Assembly: GCA_021613535.1 (NCBI GenBank)
Contig: CP075493.1
Location: 5,704,001 to 5,768,000, forward strand
DNA: 64,000 nucleotides
Reading direction: 5' to 3'
From: Adineta vaga
Taxonomy: Eukaryota > Animalia > Rotifera
A model generated the notes under the pieces. The model ran no database searches. It worked only from the letters and a program-made list of their open reading frames with translations, and was not told where the DNA came from. Both the position numbers and the translations under genes were made by a program. Each line of letters begins with the position of its first letter. The stretch's first letter is position 1. Shown one piece after another: positions 27,533 through 42,397 of the stretch.

Positions 27533-29182
27533 CTAAAATCCAGCATTACGAAATTCTGCTTGTGATAGAACACCATCATTGTTTGTATCAACAGCGGAGA
27601 ATAATGCATCAGTAGCATTGAGAAATCCACCACTTGTTGATGATCTATATGCTGATGATTCATATAATGAAGAGCCAATATCACCAGCGCCAGAAAACGA
27701 TGATGAATTGTAGTATGAAGAACGACCAACGCCATTTGCACCACCAATTGTACCTACATCGATACTACCACGATTGCTATTGTCGAAATTGATTATACCT
27801 GTTGTTGATGCTGCATAGTCAGATGATCTTGAAACAGCTGAATGGGATACATCTGGTGGAGACTAAATAGATTTCTTTGTCTTGATAAAGATGTTACACA
27901 GTATTGATTACTTACAATATCTTCAACAACGCCAGCAGCACGAGCTTGTTGTAATAATGTTTGAGTATCGAAGAGAGTTGCTCCATATCTTTGAATATAT
28001 TCTTGTGGATTCTCTGGTGTAACACCAAGACGTTGAAATTGTCGAAGAACACGAACTTGTGGAGCTTCATATTGAATAATCATATTACGTGGTTTTGGAT
28101 AGACAATAGCTGCTTCAGCACGTTGGACAACTGTCTTTCTTTCAGCTTGTGGTCCATATGGTACCCAACGTTCAATAATAATATCACCTAATGATAATTC
28201 ATATCATTTTAGATGTTATGCGAAAAGCAATGAGTAAAAAAACGTACGAGGTTTTGGTGGAGCTGGTGGTAAACGTTCAATAACAACGGACCGTGGTGGA
28301 ACTGCAAGTGCTGCCAAATTTCGTACAACTACAAGCAACAAGTTGAAATTAGAAAGACGGAAAACGAACTATTTTTTTTCCATTATTTTTTACTTGTTTG
28401 AGATGCAACAGATGCTGGTGCTGGTGGTGGTCGTTCACGTAGAATAAGTGGTGGTTGTGCAGGTAAAGGTGGAGCTTGTTGTCGGACACGAAGCGGAGGT
28501 GGTGGAGGTGGTTGAGGTGGTCGTACTTCTTTGATAATCAATGGCTAAAACGAAAAATAGAATATACAGAATGATTGAATTCAATATACACATGAAAAAA
28601 ATGATCTTACGCCTGGTGGTGGTACAGGTGGTGGTTGAAGAAATCGAACTCTGATGTTTTGTGTAAGAGTTACAGGTCCATTTGGAGCTGGACGGCGTAC
28701 AATTTGTGGATTGGAATCTTTAAAATTACCTTGAGCATCTGTTTCATACTGCTGTTGAACAATAGATGAGCGCGATTCCGATGAAAAAGTAGTCGAAGCT
28801 GCATCCGTACTTGATAATCCTGCTGTTCCAACTACATTGAGATTTGCTGCGTCACCGTTGACACTTCCAGCCGATGAATTAAATGATGATGATTCATATG
28901 TAGTTGCTCCATAACCTGGACCATTATAACCAAGATCAACTCCAAAACCACCAACAACACCATTGGTACCATTTGTCGATGTTTCATACACTGATGATCG
29001 ATATGCTGTAGTCCATAAGCACCACTAGTATCAATATTGCTATAGTCTGTACTATATGGATAATTCGATGTACTAGCACCACTAATAGAATTTCGTACTA
29101 AAAAATCTTTAAATTCATCTCGAGACACTGAACCATCGTGGTTTGCATCTACTTGATTGAAAACTGCATCAGCACTAGCCAT
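27533..29182 (-). CDS. EF-hand-capped Gly/Ser-rich, Pro-rich protein (paralogue 2), with an apparent frameshift at ~29012
   Basis: DANHDGSVSRDEF at the N-terminus and DTNNDGVLSQAEF at the C-terminus; same Pro-rich core and intron positions as paralogue 1; exon 1 is split across two frames. Confidence 0.82.
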
Positions 29183-29950
29183 TTGAAAACTTTATTATAC
29201 AAAAAAAGTCACTAAAGAAAACGATGTTTGCAGTGTAGAAGAAAGATTGATCTGCATGCATTTATATATCTTCATGCTGAGTGGAAGTCATTCAACCAAG
29301 TCGATCTCAATTTGACTCTTTTAAACACATTTACTTTTATTCATTATATACTTTATTCTGAGGAAATCGATCCCGACCTTGTTCTCGCTTTTTTTTGCCT
29401 CGTGCAAAAGAATCGTCTTCATTTATTTCAAAACTAATTTCTCTTTTAATGTACATGTATATCTTATCAATGTACCTTTCGTTGGTAATTATTATTTATA
29501 GAAGATGTCCATTTAAAAAACAGACACGAGATGATTTCTTTTGCGAGTGAGACTATATTCATAAATACATTAATAATATACAATGATAAATTGTCTAATG
29601 GAGATAATGTTCATAGATTGCAGAAATGGATAATAATCTTTCATAAAATACAGTTTATTTGCAATAAATTTCTTTTCTTAAATTTCAAGTCATTAAGATT
29701 TTAAGCGACGTCTTATACGATTGGAAGAATGTACACCAATAGAAAAAAAACAAATCCATGTCGATGGACAAAACAAATCATTTACAACAACTTACTTACA
29801 AGAAGAGACAGGACTGAACCTATTTGTTTTCTACCGATTTTATTTAATTATCAAAGATAGAACATTAATGATAGTAATAATATTTACTTAAATAGATTAA
29901 TTTGATTTTAGATTCTTAAGCAAAACCAATATTTTATTTGATCAACAGCT

Positions 29951-30070
29951 ATGATTACTGATGTGCAATTGGCAATTATTGCTAATATTCTCAATGTTTT
30001 GGTATTTTTATTGATTATTCTTTATCATTACATCAATTCATCAAATATCAAAGCAAAAAAACAAAGTTAA
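29951..30070 (+). CDS. OST4: Oligosaccharyltransferase 4 kDa subunit (39 aa; below the ORF-track cutoff)
   Basis: [39 protein letters not shown] closely matches the OST4 consensus MITDxQLA...LxxLYHY. Confidence 0.93.
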   Translation: MITDVQLAIIANILNVLVFLLIILYHYINSSNIKAKKQS

Positions 30071-30285
30071 TCGTAGGTTTCTGGCTTTTTTTTCTCTACA
30101 AGAAAACAAATGACTCATTTTTTTTTCAAAAATAGATTTGTCATTACCATTCCGTCTTATTCAATATGAATGAACTATTGATTCTTAGGTTTTGTTTCGT
30201 TTGTTTATTCTTCTGTTCTTAATATACAACAACATAAATAAAAACTTCGATAAAGATTAATCATTTCTATGCGAGCATTTTATTA

Positions 30286-31092
30286 CTAAAAACATAAACA
30301 ATAGAAAATCACCGAGAAAGAAAATAAAACACCGGTATGATACATGATCGATGCAGAAGATGTTGTTGTCACTGTTAATATACTTGTATTCATTTTTGTA
30401 ATATTATAAAGTACAGTATAAGTAAAACTAGTATTCACAATATATGTTGTTCTCGATTGTAGACCGATAAAACGATAAGATCGAGTTGTATATGTATCAT
30501 TTTGTACTACACTCAATGGTGTACCCGTTTGATTGTTATTAATCAATTGTGATATAAATGAGACTGGTGAATAAGGTAAATCATTTGGCCAAAGAAATGA
30601 GATTAGAAATGATGTTGAAGAGATATCAATCGATAAAATAAGAACAGATGATGGTCCTGGACACGATTTATTCGAACGTAAACATGTCCGTGTTAGAAGA
30701 CAATTATTTGTAATCGCAATATGTTGACTAACATTCGTTATAGTTGAATTTGATGAAAAACAAACATAGTAATAAGCATTAACTAATTCAAAATTTTTTG
30801 TTAAACTTGTTATTGTTTTATTTGTTGTTGCAAATGTATAATTCGTCCATGGATATATTCGATTATAATTATAATAATATTCATGAAAAATAATCGAAAT
30901 TCGTATAAGATCAGATCGGTCAATTGAAGAATCGGCAAATTGCCAATTTACATTCAATGCTGTTGAATTTATTGGAATAATAGATGTTAGTTTTGGTTCA
31001 GTTATATAGGGGTCTACTTGGCACGAAACGATTGAAAGAAATAAAATATGTAAAGAATACCAAGAATTTATCATGAAAATCATTCGCATCAT
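30286..31092 (-). CDS. Secreted or GPI-anchored, heavily N-glycosylated protein with two FN3-like repeats
   Basis: Intronless 268 aa; signal peptide; PKLTSIIPINSTALNVNW and GLQSRTTYIV FN3-like motifs; many NxS/T sites; T/S stalk and hydrophobic C-terminus. Confidence 0.7.
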   Translation of the reverse strand: MMRMIFMINSWYSLHILFLSIVSCQVDPYITEPKLTSIIPINSTALNVNWQFADSSIDRSDLIRISIIFHEYYYNYNRIYPWTNYTFATTNKTITSLTKNFELVNAYYYVCFSSNSTITNVSQHIAITNNCLLTRTCLRSNKSCPGPSSVLILSIDISSTSFLISFLWPNDLPYSPVSFISQLINNNQTGTPLSVVQNDTYTTRSYRFIGLQSRTTYIVNTSFTYTVLYNITKMNTSILTVTTTSSASIMYHTGVLFSFSVIFYCLCF

Positions 31093-32121
31093 TGCACATA
31101 TCTATAGGTAATCAATTGAATTTATATGTAACAGATGGTCTTTTGATTTCTCAATTTGGAATAGATATTAGAAAATTATACAAGATTCAATCGTCGAGTT
31201 GTATACTGAAATTCTACCGTGCGATTAACAATAACAGTTTGTCATGGAAATGATTGAAATGAATTTGAATAATACTTCATTGATCTTGTTTTTTGGTTGT
31301 CAAGAATTCAGTGATTTTTTTGTACGAGACGTGATTTTAATGTCTACGCTATTTCACACAGTGAGTAATGTGCAATAAAACGAACGAGTAGGAATATAGC
31401 AGCGAAAGAGAGAGACGAAATCATATTTTTATGGTAGAATCAACAACGGCTGTTACTCTCGATTCTCTTTATGATTTCATATGGTAAAAATAGGAACCGA
31501 ATTTCTTTTTTTTTTGAAAAATATATTAAATTACAAGGTCAGATATACTTTCTACGAACATGAGTTTTTTTTATTTTCGATTGATTAAATATAAACTTTC
31601 CCTCATTTTTTAATAAACAAAAAATAAAACTTATTCAAATAACTTTGATAGTTGTGAAGACATTATAGATAAAAGTCACATCTACTTAACAATATATAAA
31701 GAATTATAAGAAATCTATTGATGCTCTCATTAGCTAATATTTCTTGTCAATCTATGAACTGCATAATATCATAAGCTTGATTCTTTTGTATTAGAGTAAA
31801 TTACAATACTCAAAATGAACAGACCATATGTTATACTTCCTCAATAAAGTCCACAGATGTCACTCGTTTGACTTTAAACTAGAAGGATAATCGTTCAGTA
31901 TTCAGTTCACTTCAGATCCAATTTCTTCTTTTTCTTCTCTTTCGGTACATGCTTGAAGCAATGTTTGTTTATGTATTGAATACACTATACAGACTACCCT
32001 AGACACACATACATATATTCAAAAGTTCTTTTTCTCTTTCGTTACATTAATCTTTTCTTCCTTGCGGTTCGTTATACGATAAGAAGTTCAATATTTCTTT
32101 CATTACAGATAATCATACAAT

Positions 32122-33865
32122 ATGCATCTCGATACAAATATGGGGTAAGTATGAAAGACATAATAAATCTTTCGATTTAAATGACTATCTTTCATCTTAG
32201 TGTACAAGCTCCTCTCTATACATGTAAAGCATTTATATTTCAAGTTGATCCCGAAACACGAAAATCTTGGAATCAATTATCGACGGGTGTAGGTAAGGAA
32301 TTTAATTGTTTCATTGAATTTATTTGAGTATTTGTTTGTCTCTTTTGAACAATAGTTAATGTTCAGATATTTTATGATTCAGTGAAAAATGTCTATCGAA
32401 TTATATCAGTTGATGGTTCAAAAATACTTATTAATACTGTTATAACGAATCGAATGAATTTTACTAAGACATCACAGAAATTTTGTCAATGGGTTGATTC
32501 CAAAGCAAATCAAGTGTATGGTTTAGGATTTGCGAATGAATTTGAATTAACACGAGTAATTTACTTTGTCACAGATCTCTTTCTTTTTCTATTCTCTTCG
32601 TTCATTTTAGTTTATCAGTAAATTTATGACTATTAAACAAGCAACAAAGAATAATTTGCGAAGTAATAGTCTTGATGTTCGACGTATATCTCGAGTAAGA
32701 TTGTTCTCTCTGATTGCTGTTAATAATAAAAGTTTGATTTCATTTCAGTCGGAAACCGATTGGTCAATTAAATCCACAGGATCAGATCGATGCTTACAGT
32801 TAAAACAAGAAAATATTCATTTAAAATTAGCACTTGTTCAAAGGTAAAGATTGATATTCATATTCTATAAAAGAACTAATTACATTTTTCAGTTCGAATA
32901 ATGCAAAAATTTGGCAAGAAGAATTAGACATTTTACGTAATAATAATGCAAAATTAACCACAGCATTACAAGAGAGTCATGCCAATGTTGAAGAATGGAA
33001 AAAACAATTACAATTTTATCGAGATGAATGTTCACGTTTACGACAAATGGTAAAATAATAAGATCGAAAAAGAATTGCACTTTCGAATATCGCTTAAGAG
33101 TGTACTATAGTCTTAATATCAGTCCTTCTATGTTAAAGATATAACTTGACTTAGTTATTATTATTGTTAAAATTGACATACGTAATAGATGTCAATCTTC
33201 TCTTCATATTATTGAGTATTCATACTTAAGTAGAATGTGATGGTATAAGAGAAATCATCAAATGATTTTTTAACAAAAGAATAAATCATCATATAGTTTT
33301 CGCATGATACAAAACGTCGCTTTTTATTTATGATATTTTAGCTTTGTAATCATCATTCACCTGACCATGAACAAAGCAATGACATGAAGGAATTAAAAAC
33401 TCGACTCGATGATAAAGATTTTCATAAGAAACAACAAGAACAAGTATTTCTTTCTGGCGAAAGTTTTCTTCCTTTGAAAATTTGATTGAATTTTTTTCTA
33501 GAAAATCTTTCAACTTGAAAATCAAATTCAACGATATTCAAGTCAAATTAGTTTGTTAAAAGATCGTTTATCGGTATGTTTAAAAAAAATCGTTTGTTTC
33601 CTTTTTTTTTCTCAAGAAATATTTTTTGTAGAAAAGTGAAACAATGAATCAAGATCTACGTATGGAATTGCATCAACGAACGCCACCCAATTCTCATTCA
33701 AGTCGTCCATCTTCTCGTTCACCACCTCGAAATCTTCAACAATTATTACGTCTTCGTGATTTATTTGAAACGAAAACAAATGATCTCAATCAAACACTTT
33801 CAATTCGAAGTCAAGATTTACAACGATTATGCACACAAATTACTCAAGTAATCACTGAATTTTAA
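32122..33865 (+). CDS. HOMER: Homer scaffold protein (EVH1 + coiled coil), multi-exon
   Basis: [46 protein letters not shown]; [26 protein letters not shown]. Confidence 0.93.
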
Positions 33866-34087
33866 TTCGTTCAATGGAATTCATACTAAAAAAAAACCAT
33901 TATTGACAAAGCAATTGTATTTCATTAGAATCGAGAATGATTTTGTTATAAAATATTAGTATTTGTATATATATATATCTTTCTATTCGTTTCATCGTAG
34001 ATGAACATGTATATTGAATAAATTATTGATAATTGAAAGAAAAAACTTCATTTATTTTTTTCTCTTGAGAAAAAAATTCATAGGATA

Positions 34088-35002
34088 TTATTTTTTTGCT
34101 TTTAATCGTTTATTTCTTGTTATCATCATTTGAAAAAATCCTTCGGGCCAAAATCTTCTTAACCAAATTGCTAATTTTTGTTGAAATGGTGCAATTATAA
34201 CATCATTTTCACGATATTCAATTGCTTTTATAATCCTTTCTGCAACATAATCAGCTTCATAAGCTGATGATCGATTATCTTCAACATAATCTTCATTCGT
34301 AGTCAGACGATTCGATGCTTGTTGACCAAGTTCAGTTCGTATATACGATGGACTTACTACACATATATTAATATTCTTTTCGGAATGTTGTTCACGAAGT
34401 TCCATTCTTAACGAATCACTAAATGCTTGTACTGCATGTTTTGATGCTGAATATGAACTTCGATCGGGCACAGCAATAAGACCTTGTAAACTTGATATAT
34501 TCACAATAGTTGTATTCTCTTGTTTTCGTTCAATAATTTTCGCTAGAATTAATTTTGTTAATGTTACTAATGCAAGATAATTTAAACGAAAGATATCATT
34601 AACAAGATCAATTGATGTATCAAGTACAGATGAACGTTGACTTATACCAGCATTATTAATCAAACAATCAATAGATTCTTGTTGAAGAATGTTTGTTAAT
34701 GATTGTGAAGATGCTATTTGATCAAATTGTGATAGATCTATTTGAATAAGTTTCGGTTTAGGATATGTTGGATGTAATTCCATTAATTCTTGACTAAGTC
34801 TTTCAAGACGATCATGACGTCTTGCGAGAAGAATTAATTGACATTGCTTTTTGAAAAAACATCGTGCTAGAGCTTCACCAAGACCTGATGAAGCACCAGT
34901 AATTAAAACTGTTTTTCCTCGAATAAGAATTCGTTTACGTAGTAAATATCGAAGAAATAAAAATGAACAATAACCGAGAGAAACAGCAATGAGCCACTTC
35001 AT
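34088..35002 (-). CDS. DHRS7B: Short-chain dehydrogenase/reductase DHRS7B-like, intronless
   Basis: N-terminal TM, TGASSGLG, NNAGIS, ISSLQG, RSSYSASKHAVQAFSDSLR. Confidence 0.88.
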   Translation of the reverse strand: MKWLIAVSLGYCSFLFLRYLLRKRILIRGKTVLITGASSGLGEALARCFFKKQCQLILLARRHDRLERLSQELMELHPTYPKPKLIQIDLSQFDQIASSQSLTNILQQESIDCLINNAGISQRSSVLDTSIDLVNDIFRLNYLALVTLTKLILAKIIERKQENTTIVNISSLQGLIAVPDRSSYSASKHAVQAFSDSLRMELREQHSEKNINICVVSPSYIRTELGQQASNRLTTNEDYVEDNRSSAYEADYVAERIIKAIEYRENDVIIAPFQQKLAIWLRRFWPEGFFQMMITRNKRLKAKK

Positions 35003-35092
35003 CTGGAATAAAGAAGTTTTTATTAGTATAAAAAATTCACTATTAGATAAACAGAAGAAAAAAAAAGGCGAGAAACGAGATTTTTATTTTGT

Positions 35093-38595
<3,503 letters not shown>

Positions 38596-39755
38596 ATCGA
38601 TGACTTTATCTGACTAAAAATGGATAATCTGAAAAAAGCCAAATCCAAATTGAATATATTTGATAAGAAATGACGTAAATGATTCATGTTCTTTTAGTAG
38701 TTAGTTTAATTTATTACTTAACACAGATTAGCTCTTGAGCAAAGTTTAAACATAATTTCTTAAAAGTTAATAAACTACATTAGTTTTTATCTTTACTTAT
38801 TAATATTGTAATTTACTTTTCTATAGTAATATTTAGTTCTTATTTCGATTGTTTTGAAATCTATTCATTGAAAGAAACTAATAAATATTAGTACAAAAGC
38901 AAAGATTAATTACGTCTTTTGTTTTCGAAACAGTTGTAAGATGACAATCATGAATTATATTCATCAAATCTCTTGAGAAATTGATTTTCTCTATATGTAA
39001 AATAGAGCATATTTATTAGTCTTGTAGAAAATATGTCTATATCAATCATAAGTATTTTTCATATACTTTGTATGTAATGCACCAAATTCTTATGGTTATT
39101 ACGATTAATATCGTTTGTTTTTCCTAATAGAAGGGAATATGTCAAGAGAGTTTTTTGCGCAGTTCAATTGAATATAAAAATATACAGGAAGGTTAGCTAG
39201 TTAAACTTGAGATGAATCGTTCCATTTAAAAAGAGATTTTGTGTTACCGAAGAAAATTATGTCGGATTTTTGTTTTTCTAAAAATAAGGTTAGCGTAGGT
39301 AGATACTAAAAAGCAAATGATCAATTCAAGTTCAAGAAAAAATAAATAATCTCTAGTGGTTTAGTTTCTCTTTTCTTTCTTATCATAAACAATTTAAATA
39401 GATAATTAAAGATGATTCAAAATAACATGCGTATTTCTTAATTAAAGAAAAAAGAGATACAATAGTAAGCAATGCTTAAGAATAGACATCTTAAGCATGC
39501 ATAAAAACTTCTTTGAAGAAAAATTAAAAGAAAGATCTACTTTTTTTTTCTTCTTTTTCTCCCTTCTTTTCTCATACTCTCTCATCTATGATGTGCACTA
39601 TTTGAAGAGCAATTTTAGATTCCTATCCATTCATTCTCATTTTTTTTTCATTCTCATTCCGTACGCGCATCGATAAGCAAAACATTATCCAACTTTCTTT
39701 TATTAAAACAAAAGCCAATTGTCTTATAATCAACGTCGATACTTCAATTCAAATT

Positions 39756-40199
39756 ATGTCTTTTATCAACAATAAATTCAGATGTCGTATAACATGGATT
39801 GTATTTCTTTTCGCTGCTATACAAATAGCTCAAGCCGTTTCAAGTTTTACTGATGTTCCACGTAAGTTTTGTAGAAACTCAAACGTTAAAATCTTTGACA
39901 TTTATTTTCCTATTTCTAGCACCACCAATACGTCCAGAACGGTTTCATTCTCGTGAAGAACTCAGACGTTATTTACAACAAGTAGAATTTGATTTGTTTT
40001 TTATTCTTATTTTCTCGAAATAATCGTTCTTTTTTTTTAGGTACACGAATACTATGCGATTATTGGTCGACCACGTTTTGGTCGTACTCTTATGAGACGA
40101 TATCTTGATCCGCTTGACATACATCTCTTTTATAAATTCGATAACAACGGTGACAATTCAATATCTGACGAGGAATTTTACAATCTAGTTGGAAACTAA
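39756..40199 (+). CDS. NPY/NPF-family neuropeptide precursor with C-terminal EF-hand, 3 exons (39756-39861, 39920-39981, 40041-40199), 108 aa
   Basis: Spliced: signal peptide + VSSFTDVPPPPIRPERFHSREELRRYLQQVHEYYAIIGRPRF-G-R + TLMRRYLDPLDIHLFYKFDNNGDNSISDEEFYNLVGN*. Exon phases 1 and 0 join cleanly. Confidence 0.92.
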
Positions 40200-41819
40200 A
40201 ATCAATCGTGTATGTGGAGTATTACACTTGATATTTAAAAGATGCGAAAATATTTTCATTTTTTATTGTTCTTTTCTTTTTCATCTATAGATGAAGACAG
40301 TTGTCATTCCGATTATGATCAATGTTGTTTTCAAAAAGTGAACGTTTCTTCTCTTGTTCATAAATCTTCTATATGATTTCTTTATCTATCATCTGACATA
40401 CAAATACAATAAAATTGACCGTTCCGGAATTATTATCAATATAAATACGACATCACAAAAATATCGTTTTTTCTTAATCTCGCTAACTTTACTTGAATTT
40501 AGAGGTATCTCGAATACATTACTATGAAATATTGACTTGAAAATCTTTTCCATTCTACTATTTTATATAGTTCATCGATGACGTAAATCAAATTTTTCAA
40601 AACTATGTTTACGTCATTGAAGTTAATCTGGAAAAAAAAGCTTAATTTCATTTTTTTTATCAAGATTTCATTACCTCCAAATCGGATTTTATTTCTATCT
40701 AACTCCAATCGTTCCGTATTACGACTATAATCTTTCATCCGATAAAAGATAAGGTTTAAAATTAAAAAACACTTAATAATGTCAAAACAGAATTTATTGA
40801 GAACAAACAATCCTATGAAACTTTTCTTCTCCTTTGAAAATCATATATATATAACGAAAACATGTATACTTACGATTTAATCATAGGCGTTTGTCGATAT
40901 TTATACACTAGAAAATTTTACATACACACACACACATAGAAATCTAAATGAAAAAGTCAAATTCAGTATTTTGCGTAAAATACTCTGATAAAAAAAACAA
41001 TCAACTCTACTGCCCTTCTTTTCTAATGCGACAAATAATTCACTGCATGATATGTAGTGCAATCGCACTCTATCGAATGTTTTTCAACTATACACATCGA
41101 TTGCATTGTCTAGATTAAATAGCATTACACTTGTCACAAGTTTAACATGAAAAACACATTTAGTTGAATTCACAGCTGTTTACAATTAAGTATTCGTCTA
41201 TGTTCTTCTCTCCTGCTGTTTGTTGATCAATGGATAGAAAACAAAATTTTCATGGTTAGAAAAAATGACTCGAAATCATGCAAGTAGTTTGGTTCAGTGT
41301 TCTACATAGAAAGTTTGAAGAACATTTTATAGTTAATTATTTTTCTTTCATTATGCTCGAAAGAACATTAGAGTAGCTAATCTCTTTACTACAAGAAACA
41401 CTGAACTTCATCAACATGAAATAAAAATAGATATAAGAAAGATTGTTTCTTTGATTTACTTTACCTCATATTGTAAGTAAACAAAATAATTGTCGCACTT
41501 CATTGCCCTTCTATAGTTGACAAATAGGTTCGTAGAAATACATATCAATATAGACAGCGTGTCCTTTTTTCTTATTTCTTCAATATTATTTAACAGTCTA
41601 ATTGATTGTTTTTGCGTTGATGTTAGGTGATACCAACCATTAGTTTACATTCAATGATGATTACTTCGAAAGATTAAATATTCATCTAGAGAGATACAAT
41701 CGATGTTTTATTCGAAAAAGGAAAGACGTGAAAGGATAGGATTTTCTATATTTGTTTTCGAAAAACAAATGCTATGTATATAAAAGAAAAAAGGTGTATA
41801 TGTTGATTAAAAGTTCATC

Positions 41820-42317
41820 CTACATATCATCGACCGATTTCAAAGCTAATTCAGGCTTATCATAACCCAAATCTTCTGGTGTTGAAACACCTAATTTGTC
41901 CAAAGTTGGACGAATTTCTTGTAGAATCCAAGGCCAAACTTGTTGAGAAACAGCATTCGATTTATAACGAATTGTTTCCAAATATCGAACAGCTAATGAA
42001 TGATCATTCACACGTCGACATGCTTGAAGACAAGCGGATATAATTTCTGGTTCAGGAATTAAATCCAAACGATTCATATGATTAATTCCTTGTCGAATAT
42101 CCCATCCTTAAATCAATAAATCAACATTCTTCCTTTCTCTTTTCCTAATAAAATTACCATCGATATTTGGACGTTCAAAATATGCTTTCCATCGTTGATC
42201 AAATTCTTCATCAGTTTCTTTTTTATGTGATGACATATTGCGTTGAATTGTCATCCACATAGGTCGTGTGGTTTTGTTTAGTGATTGGGTCAAAACAGAA
42301 CGAAATAGATGAGCCAT
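41820..42317 (-). CDS. COX5A: Cytochrome c oxidase subunit 5A, 2 exons
   Basis: ETDEEFDQRWKAYFERPNIDG/WDIRQGIN..DLIPEPEIISACLQACRRVND..LGVSTPEDLGYDKPEL. Confidence 0.96.
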
Positions 42318-42397
42318 CTAAAAAAATTCAATAGAACAAAGATTGATTTGAACAATCGATTATATAATTAAACAAAGAGAAAACGAAATGCAATGTA

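Noticed and set aside
39472-39498. 10-bp stem hairpin ATGCTTAAGA-N7-TCTTAAGCAT upstream of the NPF gene
   Set aside because: AT-rich and not followed by the CTRR expected of a Helitron 3' end; could be chance.
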